Notes under the pieces: model-generated | Databases searched by the model: none | Told to the model about the DNA's origin: nothing | The model's input: only the letters and a program-made list of their open reading frames with translations | Part shown: positions 29,421 through 39,651 of the stretch, piece by piece | Numbering within the stretch: the stretch's first letter is position 1 | How the letters are laid out: each line of letters begins with the position of its first letter | Made by a program: the position numbers and the translations under genes | NCBI GenBank assembly: GCA_023269825.1 | Contig: JAGDWI010000001.1 | Location: 56,492-120,491, forward strand | DNA length: 64,000 nt | Direction: 5' to 3' | From: Desulfurococcaceae archaeon | GTDB lineage: Archaea; Thermoproteota; Thermoprotei_A; Sulfolobales; Desulfurococcaceae

Positions 29421-30203
29421 TCAGGGATATGATTTCAAGTAAGTATCACCGACTATAACGTATACCTCAACATAATCCCGTAGTGGAGTAGTCTTAAGTT
29501 TAGGCATTAAAACGTTGTCAACTTGGAATAATCCGGCTTTCTCATTCATGTATACATTTATTCTAATCGGTCTTTTATCAGATGGCTGTATTTCAACTCT
29601 ATCTATGCTCAAGGCAGATATACTGTGTATAGTGATGCCTCCAAGTTTGTATGGGACGCGTGCACGGCCTTCAGCCATGTCTAATCCATCACCCACTTTG
29701 ACGCAGCCTGCTTCTATGGTTAAACACTCAACGTCACTACTTGTACAATGTACCGCGTGCATGACTTCCTGCCTGATCTTCACTTTTGTTCGTTCATCGT
29801 CTATAATTACATCAAGTAATCTATCCAGTATCGGTTTTGCTAGGAGAGCGCCCAGCTTCTCGTGCATATCTCTATGGATACTATTACCTATATCATGTAG
29901 TAAACCACCGAGTAATGGAATCAACCACGCGTATTCTTCATTCTCTATTACACCATCTTTTACTAGTGTTGACTCTAACCCGTTCAAACGAAGCAGATTA
30001 TATAAGTATAAGGCTGCTCCTGCTGCTATTTTCGCGTGTATGGGGCCGTGATCATTGTATTTTAACCTATTTACAGCCATAACGTTGGACATGAACCATA
30101 GCGTCTGTAGTTCTGTGTCTGATTCTGCGGCCTGGTAAACCCGAATGAGAAGCTCTTTACCAGCTAGAACTTGATCTAGTAACTTGGCATTAACAACAAC
30201 CAA
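29421..30203 (-). CDS. HD-domain metal-dependent phosphohydrolase
   Basis: H...HD signature: HGPIHAKI ... GGLLHDIGNSIHR. Confidence 0.75.
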   Translation of the reverse strand: MVVVNAKLLDQVLAGKELLIRVYQAAESDTELQTLWFMSNVMAVNRLKYNDHGPIHAKIAAGAALYLYNLLRLNGLESTLVKDGVIENEEYAWLIPLLGGLLHDIGNSIHRDMHEKLGALLAKPILDRLLDVIIDDERTKVKIRQEVMHAVHCTSSDVECLTIEAGCVKVGDGLDMAEGRARVPYKLGGITIHSISALSIDRVEIQPSDKRPIRINVYMNEKAGLFQVDNVLMPKLKTTPLRDYVEVYVIVGDTYLKSYP

Positions 30204-30372
30204 GATTAAATCACCTCAGTCTTTAATTATAATTTATAGCATATAGAACTATTATGTCGTATTTTTCTCTCGCGTTATTAACCAAGTTTTAACTTTTAAT
30301 ACTAAGGAGCTTAGATAGTATTGGAACGGTTAAACCAGTGTTTCCAATAGAAGAGTATCTTGATTATTTAAG

Positions 30373-31569
30373 GTGAAAAACATGAGAGTGAATAAGAAAT
30401 ATGCCTTAATCACAGTATTGCTTATTGCTTACTCACTCGCTTATTTCCATAGGACGATGACAGGTGTATTAAAAGAGCAACTAGATGTCTTTGCATCCTA
30501 CTATAATGTGGATAAGAATGCGTTGATTTCAGTGTTTTTTGCAGCGTATTTCTATGCGTATGCTTTCACTCAACCATTCACTGGTTTACTACTTGACACA
30601 TATGGTACAAGGAGAATTTGTTCATATTTTCTATTTGCTTTATCACTATGCACATTGATTATGGCTCTACCATCATACATAGCGCTAATAGTAGGGAGAA
30701 CTCTTATTGGTTTATTTGCATCAGTCATATTTCTAGCTGCTCAAAGAAGCGCATCACTGTTATTCGGGAAAGAGGGTCAAGCCACAATAACTGGTTTATT
30801 ATTAATGATAGGTAATGTGAGCGCAGCGATTGGCGCATATCCTTTACTACTATTCATTGATAAGTATGGATTCAATGAATTAATATACTTGTTAACAATG
30901 GTCACAGTAATCGTAAGCATCCTCGTGTACTTTTTATCGGAGGATCCCGGTGGTAAAAGTAAAGGGTTGGGTATTAAAGGAGTGTATCATGGACTAGGAG
31001 AGATCGTTAGAGATAAACATGCATGGGCTGTAGCTTTAGCGGCTGCATCAATTTATAGTACAATACTCGCCTTCCAGAGTGGTTGGGGACAGGTTTACCT
31101 TGAATCACTGGGACTTAGTAAGTATTCTGTGGGTTTATACATAACGTACCTAGCTATATTATTCGCTGTTCTTTCACCGATAACTGGGTATTTAAGTGAT
31201 AGAGTTGTAAAGCGAAGGAAACCATTCGTTGTTACCGGCACCATTCTCGTATCTTTATCGTGGCTGATCGCATATTACGCTGGAGTAACAAACAATGTGA
31301 AGATAATGCCCGTATTTCTCGGTGTATTGAGTTTAGCTTACTCGATGCATATACCTGCTCCATCAATGGCCAAGGAATTATACTCTGTTGATTATGCCGC
31401 GGTCTCAATTAGCTTTTATAATATTATATTATTCTCAACTCTTGCAGTACTCTTAACTATATCGCCATCTTACATTTCCCCGTTAGTAACTTGCACTATA
31501 AGTAGTATACTGGGTGTAATTGGGTTCTTAATGTCATTGATCTACTCAAAAGAAACATATGAGAGGTGA
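30373..31569 (+). CDS. MFS transporter
   Basis: 398 aa with about 12 TM helices and an MFS-like loop motif (LLDTYGTRR). Confidence 0.8.
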   Translation: MKNMRVNKKYALITVLLIAYSLAYFHRTMTGVLKEQLDVFASYYNVDKNALISVFFAAYFYAYAFTQPFTGLLLDTYGTRRICSYFLFALSLCTLIMALPSYIALIVGRTLIGLFASVIFLAAQRSASLLFGKEGQATITGLLLMIGNVSAAIGAYPLLLFIDKYGFNELIYLLTMVTVIVSILVYFLSEDPGGKSKGLGIKGVYHGLGEIVRDKHAWAVALAAASIYSTILAFQSGWGQVYLESLGLSKYSVGLYITYLAILFAVLSPITGYLSDRVVKRRKPFVVTGTILVSLSWLIAYYAGVTNNVKIMPVFLGVLSLAYSMHIPAPSMAKELYSVDYAAVSISFYNIILFSTLAVLLTISPSYISPLVTCTISSILGVIGFLMSLIYSKETYER

Positions 31570-31750
31570 AGCGAACATATTACGGTTCAACGTTGAGCAT
31601 GAAGCATTAAAGGTTAAGTGAAACATTCGTTGCTCTTGGTCTGATCAATTGCTTCATGATGGTTAAGAGTTAATACTTGTTTTTGAACACGCTATCCTTA
31701 GCTTTATTAATTATTGCTTCAATTATAAGAGTTAACATGAGTGATAATTA

Positions 31751-33163
31751 ATGGAGTCGCTAGGCGGTTTCTTGGTTGACTTAGATTACATTATGAAGCT
31801 TGGTGACGAGTTAAAAGTTGATTTCATTGACGCAAGGATACAAAGATACTACAGTGAATTAATTATATTGGATAATGGTGTTCTCAGAGAATCAACTACC
31901 AACTATATGCATGGAGTTGGAGTAAGAGTAATCAATAAAGGATCTGTAGGTTACTCCTCCGTAAACTCATTCAACAAGGAATCTATTAGAGAAGCAGTCT
32001 ATAGGGCTTGTAAATTAGCAAAGGCTACTTCAAATTACTCTGCACGCGTTGACCTCTATGCGAGGCCTACTATAAAAGACAATGTTCGCTCGAAGTACGC
32101 AGTTGACCCTGAGGATGTAGATGTATCCGAGAAAATAGAGGTACTGCGAGGAATGTTCAATGTAGCGAGAAGCGTTAAAGGTTTATCTAGTTCTACTCTG
32201 AGATTCGGATATGAACGTGATCAAAGGATTTACATGTCTAGCAATGGTGACTACGTTGAATTTACTCGGAGACTAGTAGGTGTTTCCGCTCGATTAGTAG
32301 CTCACTTGGAAGGACTGTATGAAACACTCAACGACTACGAATCCAGTGTAGCGGGGTGGGAGTTCATTAAAAGCATTGACTGGGTTGAGTGGATTAGTGA
32401 GAGATCAAATATTGTAGTTGAAGCAGTTAAAGCCCAGCATGTTAAGCCAGGAAAATATGATATAGTACTAGATAACGACATGGTTGGATTAATGCTTCAC
32501 GAAGCATTTGGTCACGCGTCGGAAGGAGACATAGTGTTAGCTGGTGGAAGCGTATTGGGCGGTAGAACTAATGAGAAGGTTGCAAGCGAATTGGTTTCAA
32601 TAATCGACGACGGTTTGATCGAGGGAGGAGCTTTTGTACCCTATGATGATGAAGGAACACCTAAAAAGAAGACTTACACGGTGAGAAACGGTGTACTCGT
32701 GGGTTTTCTACATAGTCTCACTACAGCTAAAATGCTAGGTGGAGAACCAACAGGTAATGCAAGAGTTATGAGCTATAGGCATCCATTATTAGTGAGGCAG
32801 ACGAATACTTATATGGAGCCGAGAGATTGGAGAGTAGATGAAATTATGAAAGATCTAGGGAAAGGCCTCTACATTAAAGGAAGAGGAGCATTAGGAGGGC
32901 AAGTTAACCCGTTAACGGGGGCTTTCACTTTTACGAGTGGTCCGAGCTACGTGATTGAGAACGGAGAACCCACAAGATTAATCAAAGGCGTCATGTTATC
33001 TGGTTTGATTCTTGAAACTCTGAAAAACGTTGATGCAGTAGGAAACGATCTAGTGGTTAGAACAAGTGTTTTCGGTGGATGCGGAAAAGACGGCCAGATG
33101 GTTAGAGTGGGGGATGGAGGACCACATGTCAGAGTGAGAGGTTTCACCATTGGGGGTGGTTGA
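31751..33163 (+). CDS. tldD: TldD-family zinc metalloprotease
   Basis: HEAFGHASEGD (HExxxH) and the conserved C-terminal GGCGKDGQ block. Overlaps the downstream pmbA-like gene by 14 nt. Confidence 0.9.
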   Translation: MESLGGFLVDLDYIMKLGDELKVDFIDARIQRYYSELIILDNGVLRESTTNYMHGVGVRVINKGSVGYSSVNSFNKESIREAVYRACKLAKATSNYSARVDLYARPTIKDNVRSKYAVDPEDVDVSEKIEVLRGMFNVARSVKGLSSSTLRFGYERDQRIYMSSNGDYVEFTRRLVGVSARLVAHLEGLYETLNDYESSVAGWEFIKSIDWVEWISERSNIVVEAVKAQHVKPGKYDIVLDNDMVGLMLHEAFGHASEGDIVLAGGSVLGGRTNEKVASELVSIIDDGLIEGGAFVPYDDEGTPKKKTYTVRNGVLVGFLHSLTTAKMLGGEPTGNARVMSYRHPLLVRQTNTYMEPRDWRVDEIMKDLGKGLYIKGRGALGGQVNPLTGAFTFTSGPSYVIENGEPTRLIKGVMLSGLILETLKNVDAVGNDLVVRTSVFGGCGKDGQMVRVGDGGPHVRVRGFTIGGG

Positions 33164-34517
33164 ATTGATCGACGTATATGAGAAAATAATCAAGAAAGCG
33201 TTAGAGAACGGGTTAAACGAAGTCGAAGTATACTCTATCAAGAGTACTGTGAAGCAGTTTAAGGTTTCTAATGATAAAGTTATTGAAGCAGTCTACAGGG
33301 AGGATGAAGACATTGGTATAAGAGGCGCTTATGGAAAAAGAACAGGAAGCGTGCGCGTAAACACTCTCCAACTCGACGTGGATTTAATCACTAAAAAACT
33401 ATTATCCGCAGTGAAATCGTCTCCAGAGGATCCATATTGGCCGGGTTTCCCACCTACCATTGAACCAGTTGAAGAGGCACCATCTTACGATGATAGAAGC
33501 GTTAATATGAGTGAAGAAGAATACATGGATACACTTAGACATCTAATGGAAAAATTTAAAGAACCCGCTTTAGCTAGAGGAGCGGATAAAGCAAGCGTCG
33601 TTGAAGGATCCTTCACTATTTCTAAAGCTGAATTAACGTTATTGAATTCCAATGGGGTTATGAGGAGAGGGTTACGTAGCATTATCCAAGTATGGCTTGG
33701 GCTATATGTTGAGAAAACAGGGTCTCAGGCAGATAAGTTCTTCATATATGAAAGAAGTAAACTAGACGAAAGAGTCCTAGAGAAGAAAGTAGTTGAAGAA
33801 GGTGAAAAAGCACTACTATTCCTTAACTCCGTGCCAGTGGAGTCAGGGATTTACGAAGTTGTATTTGACCCTATAACGACAGGAGAAATTCTAGAGAGTA
33901 GTTTGACTCCAGCTTTCTCGGCTTTAAACGTGCTGGAGAACAGGAGTCTTCTTAAAGGTAAACAAGGTCAAATAGTTTTCAACGAGAAAGTATCGATATT
34001 AGATAACCCGTTCGTTGAATCAGCCACTGGTACTCGGTCATTTGATGATGAAGGAATCCCCACTAGGGTTAAACATGTTGTGAATAAAGGAACATTAGAG
34101 GCATATCTACATAGCTACTATACCGCTAAGAGAATGAGTCAGCAACCAATGGGTAACGGTATAAGACAAAACCCGGCCTCGCAACCTATTCCAGCTTTCA
34201 CTAATGTCGTATTGGAACCTGTTAATGGGTGCGTGGATGAATACATAAGAGACATGAAGAAAGGACTCATAGTCTTCGAAGTAATAGGTCAGTGGATGAG
34301 CGACCCTGTTACTGGAGGAGTAAAAGCAACTGTTACGCATGGTTTACTCATTGAGAATGGTGAGGTACTGAAACCAGTTAAAGGCCTAGTCGTGAGTGGG
34401 AATATATATGATTGGTTATCAGTAAACCTCGTTGAGATCGGAGAAGATGTAGAAATTATTGGGAATAATGTTGTTCCATCACTATGGGTAAAGAACGTCA
34501 GAGTGGCTGGTAAATAA
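33150..34517 (+). CDS. pmbA: PmbA/TldE-family protein (non-catalytic partner of TldD)
   Basis: Same fold family (SFDDEGIPT, GNG) but lacking HExxxH. Translationally coupled to tldD. Confidence 0.85.
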   Translation: MGVVELIDVYEKIIKKALENGLNEVEVYSIKSTVKQFKVSNDKVIEAVYREDEDIGIRGAYGKRTGSVRVNTLQLDVDLITKKLLSAVKSSPEDPYWPGFPPTIEPVEEAPSYDDRSVNMSEEEYMDTLRHLMEKFKEPALARGADKASVVEGSFTISKAELTLLNSNGVMRRGLRSIIQVWLGLYVEKTGSQADKFFIYERSKLDERVLEKKVVEEGEKALLFLNSVPVESGIYEVVFDPITTGEILESSLTPAFSALNVLENRSLLKGKQGQIVFNEKVSILDNPFVESATGTRSFDDEGIPTRVKHVVNKGTLEAYLHSYYTAKRMSQQPMGNGIRQNPASQPIPAFTNVVLEPVNGCVDEYIRDMKKGLIVFEVIGQWMSDPVTGGVKATVTHGLLIENGEVLKPVKGLVVSGNIYDWLSVNLVEIGEDVEIIGNNVVPSLWVKNVRVAGK

Positions 34518-34951
34518 GTTTACAGATTTTCTCGATAGCGAAATTACTGCTTCTCATACATGGATTAAATGACAAAATTTGATACGTAATAATATTCATA
34601 AAAATCAACCAAGTGTTCTCGGAGAATAATGGGAATAATAATATCCAAGGATAATAGGTGCTACGTAGAAAATATTTAATATAGCGTTTTAATAAATGAT
34701 CTCCGTAGAACAAAACTGGATCGTAATTCGCAGTTGATCTTTTACTTAATTGGACAGAATTAACCCTTGACTTTTGGGGTTTTATTATTATAAAAATCAT
34801 TTTCAGACGAATTTCCAGGATCTCTGGCTTCATTAATGTTATTAAAGCCCCCACTTCTCATTAAGTGTTAGTGCAGATATTTATTTATGGTTACCTAATT
34901 GAACGAAGAATGAGTAATGGAATAATAGGAATTGTAATCTTCTTCGTAACA

Positions 34952-35917
34952 TTAACCTGTTATCTCCATGATGAATGTCGCTATCTCCTCTACACTTCCA
35001 GCGGCATCCAAGCTGTAATTACCTGTTGTAACATTTATTTGGTATAATTCTATGTGTTTTATTCCGCCTTTATTTAACCACTTATTAGAGTAGTTTTTGA
35101 GCTCATCTAGGGCATTATTCGCTGTTATATCACCATATTCGTTACTTGTTAAGTATCTTCCAGCAGGATCCATTATGGTTAATCTACCACTACTAGCAGG
35201 TATGAATATAGCGGTATGAGTAGTGTTATCATTTAATTCAATATAAGCGATCCAAGTTAAGTACTCTGTTTTCAATATTTTTAATTGATAATACTTGATC
35301 ATAGCGTATAAGAGAATGGTCAAATCTTCGCAATCACCCTGTTTCTTTTCCAGCGTAAAACTAGGTGTTTGTACATAGTTTTCAACGTATATGTATTTAA
35401 GGTTACAGGAGCCATTTATGAATTCACAAGTTGGTACAGGTATTACGACGTCATCTACATACCGTATATTAGCTGAAACCCATGAATATAGGTTTCTATA
35501 ACTATCCCATGGACTGGATTCGTATACTATCGCGACTTGAACGTATTCTCCTATAGCGTTTATTTCATTGTAGTTCAATACACGGTGAAAAGATTTTGTG
35601 AGCGATGTATACTCGAGGTAAGTTTGAGTTATGTTTTTTAGTGTATTAGTCAAGTTCACGTATTCCTCTAGTAAAGTGTAATATCTCCTCGATAAGTCAA
35701 ATACTTGGTTACTTAGCTGAGTGTAAGATTCGTTGAGTTGAATAATTTTATTGATGCAATTTTCGTAGTCTAATTTAAATTTGGATAATTCCTCTATTGA
35801 TCTCTGTTTACTAGTTAGCTCCATGTTGAGTAATGTGATATATGCTGTGATGGAAACTAGTAGAAAGAAGATGATTAGTATCGAGGTTTTCGAGCGCAAG
35901 TTTACACCTTCCTTCAC
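34952..35917 (-). CDS. Membrane-anchored transglutaminase-like cysteine protease-fold protein
   Basis: N-terminal TM helix, a coiled-coil region, then QGDCEDLTILLYAMI (Cys), HTAIFIP (His) and MDPAG (Asp), which match the transglutaminase-core triad order. Confidence 0.6.
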   Translation of the reverse strand: MKEGVNLRSKTSILIIFFLLVSITAYITLLNMELTSKQRSIEELSKFKLDYENCINKIIQLNESYTQLSNQVFDLSRRYYTLLEEYVNLTNTLKNITQTYLEYTSLTKSFHRVLNYNEINAIGEYVQVAIVYESSPWDSYRNLYSWVSANIRYVDDVVIPVPTCEFINGSCNLKYIYVENYVQTPSFTLEKKQGDCEDLTILLYAMIKYYQLKILKTEYLTWIAYIELNDNTTHTAIFIPASSGRLTIMDPAGRYLTSNEYGDITANNALDELKNYSNKWLNKGGIKHIELYQINVTTGNYSLDAAGSVEEIATFIMEITG

Positions 35918-36108
35918 TTCATAATTTTCTCAGCCCAGTTTATAGTTTAATTGATTCAAAACTGTGAATACTTTAAGACATGGATTTCATTAGCTAGCTG
36001 GCAGATGTTCTATCAATATATGCGTACACTAGTTTGCCTCATTAATTTCTGTCTCTTTATTTTCACTATTTCGGCATTCACAAGTAATTCACTTGAATAA
36101 ATTTCCTT

Positions 36109-36335
36109 TCAATTGGTTTTGAGTAAACCAATTGCTTTTCGCACTGCTTCAGGATCCGCGAACTCTAGGGTAAACTCAGTTAGAAGAACCAGGGCATTGG
36201 CTCCTTTTCCTATGCTTTCACGTAGAATATTATATATGATCCAACTAAATTACCTTATTCAAGCACATTAGCTTTAGTTTTTCAACTAGTTCTTTGATTT
36301 TCCCGCTTGAAGAAATCAATGATAATTCAGGATGC
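36109..36335 (-). pseudogene. Decayed ORF remnants (two frames, no start codon) in a 631-bp non-coding gap
   Basis: My own minus-strand translation gives ...IIYNILRESIGKGANALVLLTEFTLEFADPEAVRKAIGLLKTN* (36240->36109). Upstream, in another frame, it gives ...ELSLISSSGKIKELVEKLKLMCLNKVI*. The composition is protein-like, but the frames are broken by stops. Confidence 0.3.
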
Positions 36336-36548
36336 TAATACAAGAGTAGTGTTAATAACACTGAGTCCACTAACAGTGAGTATAATATGTATAATGTATC
36401 TTTCTCAATAACTCAAGTGTTTCTAAGAACCCGTTTCTCTGAAGTAATTCACAACATTGAACTAGACTCAGCTTTCAGCAAATAAGAGTATTAACTCTTA
36501 TATTGGTTAATTTTTTATATCAGTAAACTATGGTTTCGCTGATTACCC

Positions 36549-37076
36549 ATGAGATCCGTGTATACCATAGGATACGGAAGCAGAAGCATCATAGAATTTA
36601 TCGGTATTTTGAAATTATATGGAGTTGAAGCCGTTATTGACGTAAGGAGATGGAATAAGGCCTTGAAGCAACCAGAGTTTTCAGGCATGAATCTTCAGGC
36701 TGAACTAAGTAAGAACAATATCCAGTACTACTGGTTCCCCGCTCTAGGTGGTTTTAGAAAATTCGGCGTGGATGTTGAAGATATTGGTATTGCTACGTGT
36801 TTTAAATCCAATGGATTTAGAGCATATGCGACATATATAACTAGATGTACCGAAGTAAAACATTATCTTGAAAAACTAGTTGAACTAGCTACATATCACT
36901 TGATTGCAATCATGTGCTGTGAGAAGTATCCTTGGTTCTGTCACAGGAAAATACTTTCAGATTACTTAGTTGCTAAGGGATTCAAAGTATTACATATTAT
37001 AGATCGAGAACAAGTAATAGAGCACGTGTTAAGTGAGTGCGCTATAATTGAAAATAATGAGTTGAAATATAGATGA
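36549..37076 (+). CDS. DUF488-family protein
   Basis: The N-terminus VYTIGYGSRSIIEFIGILKLYGVEAVIDVRR and the CCEKYPWFCHR motif are typical of DUF488. Confidence 0.75.
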   Translation: MRSVYTIGYGSRSIIEFIGILKLYGVEAVIDVRRWNKALKQPEFSGMNLQAELSKNNIQYYWFPALGGFRKFGVDVEDIGIATCFKSNGFRAYATYITRCTEVKHYLEKLVELATYHLIAIMCCEKYPWFCHRKILSDYLVAKGFKVLHIIDREQVIEHVLSECAIIENNELKYR

Positions 37077-37114
37077 TTTGAATTAAAAACAGGAGGTATT
37101 TATGTTGACTTCCA

Positions 37115-38215
37115 CTATTTCAACACTAGCCCTTTCAGTTCCTTGAGCCAGGTAGGCGTCAATTCTTCAGTAAACCTAGCTACAAGTAATGCTGCGTTAT
37201 ATACATCTTTTAAGTCTACTACTTCGACTGGGCTATGAATATACCTTGATGGTATAGAAACAGTTCCAGCCGGTACTCCTTCCTTGTTTAACGCTATAAT
37301 ACTGGCATCGGTTGTCCCACCTGATATTATTTCTAACTGATAAGGTATTTTGTGCTTCTCAGCAACATTGATCAGTAGGTCTACGACCTTAGGGTGAGCT
37401 ATTAACCCTGAGGCGTTTCTACCATCAGCTATCTTTATTGCGGGGCCCTTCCCTATTTTAGTGTACCATTCTGCTTTAGACACGCCTGGGACATCGCTAG
37501 CTATAGTCACATCTAAAGCTAACGCTACATCAGGGGAAATAGCGAATGCAGATGTCCTAGCACCTTTTAACCCTACTTCTTCTTGAACAGTTGCTACGAA
37601 GTATGTGTCAAAACTAGGTTTCTCAATCAATTGTGCTGCTTTTATGAGAGAGACAACGCCTACGCGGTCATCGAATGCTTTACTTGCAACTCTATCATTA
37701 GCTAATTCGACTAAATCTCTGTCAAACACCATTATATCTCCTACACGGACTCCTAGTTTCTCTACTTCTTCTTTCGAGGAAGCCCCTATATCAACGAATA
37801 GTTCTCTGAATTCGGGGACTTTCTGTAACTCCTCTGGTTTAGCTACATGAGGGGGTTTTAATCCTACAACGCCGCGTAGTAATCTACCATCACGAGTTCT
37901 TAAAACTACTCTTTGGTAGAGTAGAGTTCTCTCTATAATTCCTCCTATAGGTACAACTCTCAGGAAACCATCTTCCTCTATATGAGATACAAATAAACCG
38001 ATTTCATCCATGTGAGCAGCGATCATGACTCTACCATCGCTACTTGCCCCCTTCTTTAAACCAATCAAGTTTCCCCAGGTATCAACCCATAATTTATCAA
38101 TGTATGGTTTCAAGTATTCTGCCACAATGTTTCGTACATCATCCTCTCTTCCACTAGGCCCGGGTACTTCGGTTAGTTTTTTCAACATTTCAACGAGTTC
38201 TCTTTTCCAAGACAA
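37115..38215 (-). CDS. M42-family (TET/FrvX-like) aminopeptidase
   Basis: AAHMDEIGLFV, VQEEVGLKGA and GGTTDAS motifs; 366 aa. Confidence 0.9.
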   Translation of the reverse strand: MSWKRELVEMLKKLTEVPGPSGREDDVRNIVAEYLKPYIDKLWVDTWGNLIGLKKGASSDGRVMIAAHMDEIGLFVSHIEEDGFLRVVPIGGIIERTLLYQRVVLRTRDGRLLRGVVGLKPPHVAKPEELQKVPEFRELFVDIGASSKEEVEKLGVRVGDIMVFDRDLVELANDRVASKAFDDRVGVVSLIKAAQLIEKPSFDTYFVATVQEEVGLKGARTSAFAISPDVALALDVTIASDVPGVSKAEWYTKIGKGPAIKIADGRNASGLIAHPKVVDLLINVAEKHKIPYQLEIISGGTTDASIIALNKEGVPAGTVSIPSRYIHSPVEVVDLKDVYNAALLVARFTEELTPTWLKELKGLVLK

Positions 38216-38629
38216 ATTGGTTACACCCTGGCTAAATAATAAAACAGTGAAATTATAAAAAATATATCACAACTGAAAACCCCTCTCAGAGCAAATATAT
38301 AAGAGCAATGCCTGTAAGTTCTATCCGCTCATTGTGATGAGGCACATGATTTTGAATACCCCTAAGTACATGAGGAATACGGGTTCGTAACCATGAATAA
38401 GTAGGGTTAATTAGGTATCTCAAATTACCTAAGCATTCTTGCAGAGGATGAATGTGTATTTAAGTAGCTGTGAATAGTCAACAAACCTTTGACTAGCAGT
38501 GAGCATTCTTTCCTAGTGGGAAAGATCAGTTTGTTAGTAATTTAAGTATTATGAATTGAGTTCTCAAAGAGACATAGTGCTTTCAGTTTTCAGAGTGCCT
38601 TTAAGAATTTATTGTTGAATGTTTTTGAA

Positions 38630-39562
38630 CTAAGCTTCTTCCACTATTATCTCTACGTCTACCTCGAACGTTTTTCTTCCCCTTTGAACTTGGAGCGTGA
38701 CGGAACCTTTATCTATGCTCTCTTCAATTGCTTCCCTTAACTCACTTGTTCTTCGAACGCTTCTACCATTTGCTGACACGATTATATCACCTTCCACTAT
38801 TCCTCTCCTATCTGCCGGCGAACCTGGGACTACTCTTATAACTAATAGTCCCTCGTTAACAGGTATTTTGTATAAAGCTGCCATAGTGGGGTTTAATGGT
38901 GCTACATAGACTCCTATCCAGGCTCTCAACGGCCTACCATACTTTGAAACCATTTCTATGAATCTTTTCACTGCATTTATCGGTATAGCGAACCCTATTC
39001 CCTGAGCAAATGGAATTATAGCTGTGGTAACTCCAATAGCTTCACCGTTGAGGTTGACGAGGGGTCCACCACTATTACCTGGATTTATTGCAGCATCTGT
39101 TTGTATTACGTCTTCTAATATAATCTCCTGTGTTGTCAGCGTTCTGCCCACTGCGCTCACAACGCCCATTGTCACAGAGTTCTCGAGAAGACCGAGAGGT
39201 GAACCAATCGCTAAAACTATTTCACCTACTTCTATTCTATTGGAGTCACCTAGTTTCATTGGTGTTCCATGTTCCTCTGTTCTAAGCAATGCTAGATCTC
39301 TCCGTGGATCCATCGCGACTATTTTTGCATTACTTATGAATCCATCTGAGAAAATTATTGATACTCTTGTTGCTCCTCTAACCACGTGTGCATTTGTCAC
39401 AACGTAGCCTGGTGCAATGATAAATCCTGACCCATAGCCTTTAACTGGTTCATAACCGAAGAAAATCATTGGGTGAGGTATTTCGGTTGAAATCGTGACA
39501 ACTGATGGTTTAACGTTCCTAATTATTGAAGCTATCTCCTTGCTGAGATCCTTTATGCTCAA
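38630..39562 (-). CDS. HtrA/DegP-like trypsin-fold serine protease with a C-terminal PDZ domain
   Basis: Catalytic triad context TNAHVV, DLALL and GNSGGPLVN, followed by a PDZ-like C-terminus (PGSPADRRGIVEGDIIV). Confidence 0.9.
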   Translation of the reverse strand: MSIKDLSKEIASIIRNVKPSVVTISTEIPHPMIFFGYEPVKGYGSGFIIAPGYVVTNAHVVRGATRVSIIFSDGFISNAKIVAMDPRRDLALLRTEEHGTPMKLGDSNRIEVGEIVLAIGSPLGLLENSVTMGVVSAVGRTLTTQEIILEDVIQTDAAINPGNSGGPLVNLNGEAIGVTTAIIPFAQGIGFAIPINAVKRFIEMVSKYGRPLRAWIGVYVAPLNPTMAALYKIPVNEGLLVIRVVPGSPADRRGIVEGDIIVSANGRSVRRTSELREAIEESIDKGSVTLQVQRGRKTFEVDVEIIVEEA

Positions 39563-39651
39563 TTAAAACACCCTGGTTAGCAATATCTCAACTATGAATT
39601 AAAAATGTTATGGTGTAATGAATAATGTTGTTGAGGGATCCCTAAAAGAGT

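Noticed and set aside
29515-30082. 178-aa and 81-aa plus-strand ORFs antisense to the HD-domain gene. The same class includes other internal antisense ORFs, for example 1650-1949, 17756-18269, 39024-39407, 40766-41425, 43465-44472, 51724-52842 and 59285-59629.
   Set aside because: Each lies fully inside a longer ORF on the opposite strand that carries clear family motifs. Their translations are Ser/Thr/Leu/Pro-rich low-complexity text without motifs.
31596-31658. 9-bp inverted repeat CATGAAGCA ... TGCTTCATG with a loop of about 45 nt, upstream of tldD.
   Set aside because: The stem is short, the loop is long and AT-rich, and there is no accompanying sRNA box motif or T-tract. This is insufficient to call an RNA element or operator.
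34498-34854. 118-aa minus-strand ORF in the pmbA / transglutaminase-like spacer.
   Set aside because: Its composition is dominated by AT-rich codons (I/F/Y/L/K/N), it overlaps the pmbA 3' end, and it has no motif or plausible start context. I treated it as non-coding.
36107-36130. CTTTCAATTGG..., sharing its first 9 nt with the mini-array repeat; considered as a solitary CRISPR repeat.
   Set aside because: Only 15/24 positions match overall. The similarity is confined to the first 9 nt, and the segment is better explained as one arm of its own perfect hairpin (36110-36134).
38333-38395. Possible C/D-box sRNA: a GTGATGA C-box followed 12 nt later by TGAA, then TGAGGA.
   Set aside because: No canonical D or D' box (CUGA) occurs at the required spacing. 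The D'-C' spacer would be 14 nt, and there is no terminal stem. The match does not go beyond a chance C-box heptamer.
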